Below, piece by piece: positions 61,636 to 64,000 of a stretch of 64,000 bases of DNA; the first letter of the stretch is position 1; each line of letters begins with the position of its first letter. The notes under the pieces were generated by a model, which did no database searches, was not told the origin of the DNA, and saw only the letters and a program-made list of their open reading frames with translations. Where the stretch lies: contig BTVY01000042.1 of assembly GCA_045863335.1 (NCBI GenBank), forward strand, positions 1 through 64,000. Direction: 5' to 3'. The DNA is from Candidatus Hydrogenedentota bacterium. GTDB lineage: Bacteria > Hydrogenedentota > Hydrogenedentia > Hydrogenedentales > SLHB01. A program made the translations under genes and the position numbers.

Positions 61636-62523
61636 ATGGATATTCTCTCCGCTGTAATTCCGGTCTTCCTGATCGCGGGGCTCGGTTTCGGCATCCGAAA
61701 GGCGTTTCCGCTTCATCTGAAGACGCTTTCCATTTTGAACATCTACATCCTCATTCCAAGTCTCGTGTTCGACAGTCTGTCAAAACGCGCGATCGATTGG
61801 ACGGTATTCGGCAAGATTGCGATGGCGGCGCTGGCGATGGTCGTCTTGCTGAGCGGACTGTTAATGGTTATTGCCCGGGTGCGACGGATGGAGCCTCAGC
61901 TCGAAAGCGCATTCCTCATGACCATGTTCGCGAACCTTGGCAACTTCGGTTTGCCGGTCGTGTTGTTCGCGTTTGGTGAAGAGGCCTTGTCAGTCGCCGT
62001 TGTCATCATGGTGTGTGGCGGGTTTCTTCAGAACAGCATCGGTTTGTATTTCGCGCAACGGAGCCGGCACAACGCTCTCGTGTCGGCGTTGCACGTGTTT
62101 CGCTTTCCAATGATATATGCGTTCGTGGCGGCGCTGATCGCGCAGCGCGCGGGATGGAGCCTTCCGCTTCCGATCGATCGCGCCGTCGAAATCACGGCGT
62201 CTGCCGCCATCCCCATACAATTGCTCATTGTCGGCGCGACCCTTGGGGAGACCCGGCTGGAAACCGGGGCGGATGTGTTTATTGCGACGGCGGTGCGCCT
62301 GGCCGGCGCGCCGGTATTGGCGCTTGCGGTTTGCGCGTTGGTTGGTTTGGAGGGCGAGGCCGCACGGGTGTTCATCGTACAGATGAGCGGGCCGGTCGCG
62401 GTGGGTATGGCGGTTTATGGTGTGCAGTTTGACCTGAAGCCGGGATTCCTCGCGAGTGCGGTTGCGTGGACCTTTCTGTTGAGCAGTGTGTCTATCACGA
62501 TCGTGCTGGCCGTGTTGATGTGA
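61636..62523 (+). CDS. AEC (auxin efflux carrier) family transporter
   Basis: IPSLVF, NLGNFGLPV, PMIYA; ~10 TM helices. Confidence 0.88.
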   Translation: MDILSAVIPVFLIAGLGFGIRKAFPLHLKTLSILNIYILIPSLVFDSLSKRAIDWTVFGKIAMAALAMVVLLSGLLMVIARVRRMEPQLESAFLMTMFANLGNFGLPVVLFAFGEEALSVAVVIMVCGGFLQNSIGLYFAQRSRHNALVSALHVFRFPMIYAFVAALIAQRAGWSLPLPIDRAVEITASAAIPIQLLIVGATLGETRLETGADVFIATAVRLAGAPVLALAVCALVGLEGEAARVFIVQMSGPVAVGMAVYGVQFDLKPGFLASAVAWTFLLSSVSITIVLAVLM

Positions 62524-62748
62524 AGGGTCTCCGGGCGATCGCGCGGGGTGATTGGGTTAGCTTGGCTGTCGCTGGGATTAACCGTTCTGTCGCCCCCGTT
62601 CGGGGGCTGTGCGGTGGTGGTGGACATCTGACCCGGGGTTCCGCTCGTGCCTCGCTCCACCCCGGGCTACATTCGAGTCGCCCCATCCGGGGCTGGCGTG
62701 GGTAGCTATCGTTGTATGATGAGTTGTGGTCTAGGCCCGGCTTGACGT

Positions 62749-63330
62749 GTTTTGGTCATTCGAATTTTGGTCATTAGGATTTGTTTCGGATTTCGTGCTT
62801 CGAGATTCGAATTTGGTTGCGGCTATGCCGCGCTGGGCTACAATCCTTCGCCCCTCCGGGGCTATGACAAACAGTCGTCGTGCTGTGCGTGTAAGCGACG
62901 ACTGCGATGTGGCCGTTGATCGAGCGTCGTCGTTCGTGCGCGGTCGCTGATCGTGGCAATGGCTGCGATGAAAGTCATGCTAGTCGTGCTGGAAGTACCG
63001 TAGCCTCTAATAGCGTCGTATTGAGTTTTCGCGCTATCGGGCGTGAAATGCAGTCGCGATTGGATCTTGAAGGTGCGTATGCCGTGGCTTGTGCGGCCTG
63101 CCTACGAGGTGTGTCGAGAGAGAGTGCGGTCATGGCCTTGAGGCCTTGGGCGAGGACGCTCAAGCCGCGGGTCATGTCCTGAGACTTTGGGCGAGGACGT
63201 CTAAGCCACGCGAGATGACTTTTTGGATTTTGGTCATTTGAATTTGTTTCGGATTTCGTGCTTCGGATCTCGTGCTTCGGATGCGCCGATGGCCGCACTG
63301 GGCTATAGGCCTTCGCCCCGCCGGGGCTTC
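62749..63330. repeat. ~110-bp composite direct repeats (7-mer tract + half REP) at 62749-62863 and 63220-63330 around a ~350-bp core
   Basis: TTTGTTTCGGATTTCGTGCTTCG...CTGGGCTA...CCTTCGCCCC.CCGGGGCT in both copies. Confidence 0.8.
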
Positions 63331-63838
63331 ATTGGGTTGCGGGGGCCGCTTGGGATTCCTTTGATGCGATCTTTCCCGAAAGCGTGACGCGCAAGACGAA
63401 TACGCCCAGGTCGCTTTTGAAGGGAACGGTCAGCCAGATGGTGTCCTGGGGATGTTCGATGACGTAGTCGCGGCCCCGAACGACGGCGGGAAGGCTGAGC
63501 GTTAGGGGAGGGGCTTCGTCTTCCGTCAAGCGCGCCTTGGCATCGCCCGCAATGATGTTGACGAGTTCGGCGATGCCGTCTACTACGGTGGCGTCCACGC
63601 ATTTGATTTCGGCGCCGAGGAGCTTGCTGACGCAGGAGACGGCGACGGCGGAGGAGAAAGCCAACGCGACGGTACCTCGAATGGAGCCGCTGATTCCGAC
63701 TACGGCGGTAATTTCGATGGGTGAAAAGTCACGTGTGCGCGTGATCTTACACTCGCCGCGGGTCACACTAGTTTCGAGCATGGTCTCGTAGGTTTTGGCG
63801 ACGGCCTCGATAAACGGATTGACGTAAGTTACATCCAT
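63329..63838 (-). CDS. cheX: Chemotaxis phosphatase CheX
   Basis: YVNPFIEA, VVGISGSIRG, DGIAELVNIIAG (ExxN), LSLPAVVRG. Confidence 0.92.
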   Translation of the reverse strand: MDVTYVNPFIEAVAKTYETMLETSVTRGECKITRTRDFSPIEITAVVGISGSIRGTVALAFSSAVAVSCVSKLLGAEIKCVDATVVDGIAELVNIIAGDAKARLTEDEAPPLTLSLPAVVRGRDYVIEHPQDTIWLTVPFKSDLGVFVLRVTLSGKIASKESQAAPATQ

Positions 63839-64000
63839 AGCCGATAACCTGATCCCATTGTTTCCCCCAATGAAACGAAATCCGAACAATCTCGTTCAGG
63901 TACGGACCTCGGGAAAATAGTGCGCTTCAATCATCGCACAAAAGGTGTGATAAATCACCAAGTGCGCCTCCTGAATGACCTTTACGCTGGTCCCCGGCGC

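Noticed and set aside
62864-63298. Short ORFs in the repeat-flanked core
   Set aside because: No RBS, motif or codon-bias support

Overview
GC-rich bacterial chromosome segment. The gene content and repeat style suggest a PVC-like or Hydrogenedentota-type organism, but that is inference only. Backbone genes: Tat/lipoprotein carbohydrate-type genes, a furA-katG unit with a canonical leaderless sigma70 promoter, tmRNA (ssrA) and smpB, tolA-tolB, a GT39/GT2 pair, and a full MoxR-DUF58-Bat (VWA/TPR) operon running into glnD and degP, followed by a diguanylate cyclase, an AEC transporter and cheX. Accessory features: (i) an orphan phage terminase small/large pair with no other phage genes, split by a REP-flanked Y1 (RAYT/IS200-like) transposase; (ii) a 6.4-kb integrase-less island at the tmRNA 3' end carrying an AlbA_2/HATPase protein and a frameshifted AEP-primase/SF2 helicase; (iii) a repeat-flanked, AT-richer ~1030-aa ORFan with an internal domain duplication; (iv) several distinct REP-like palindrome families and 7/9/10-mer tandem repeats that nest, bracket cargo DNA and sit in frame inside a gene; (v) kilobase-scale A/C versus G/T strand-skew switches at these hotspots. 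All family assignments come from motif recognition by eye; no searches were run.
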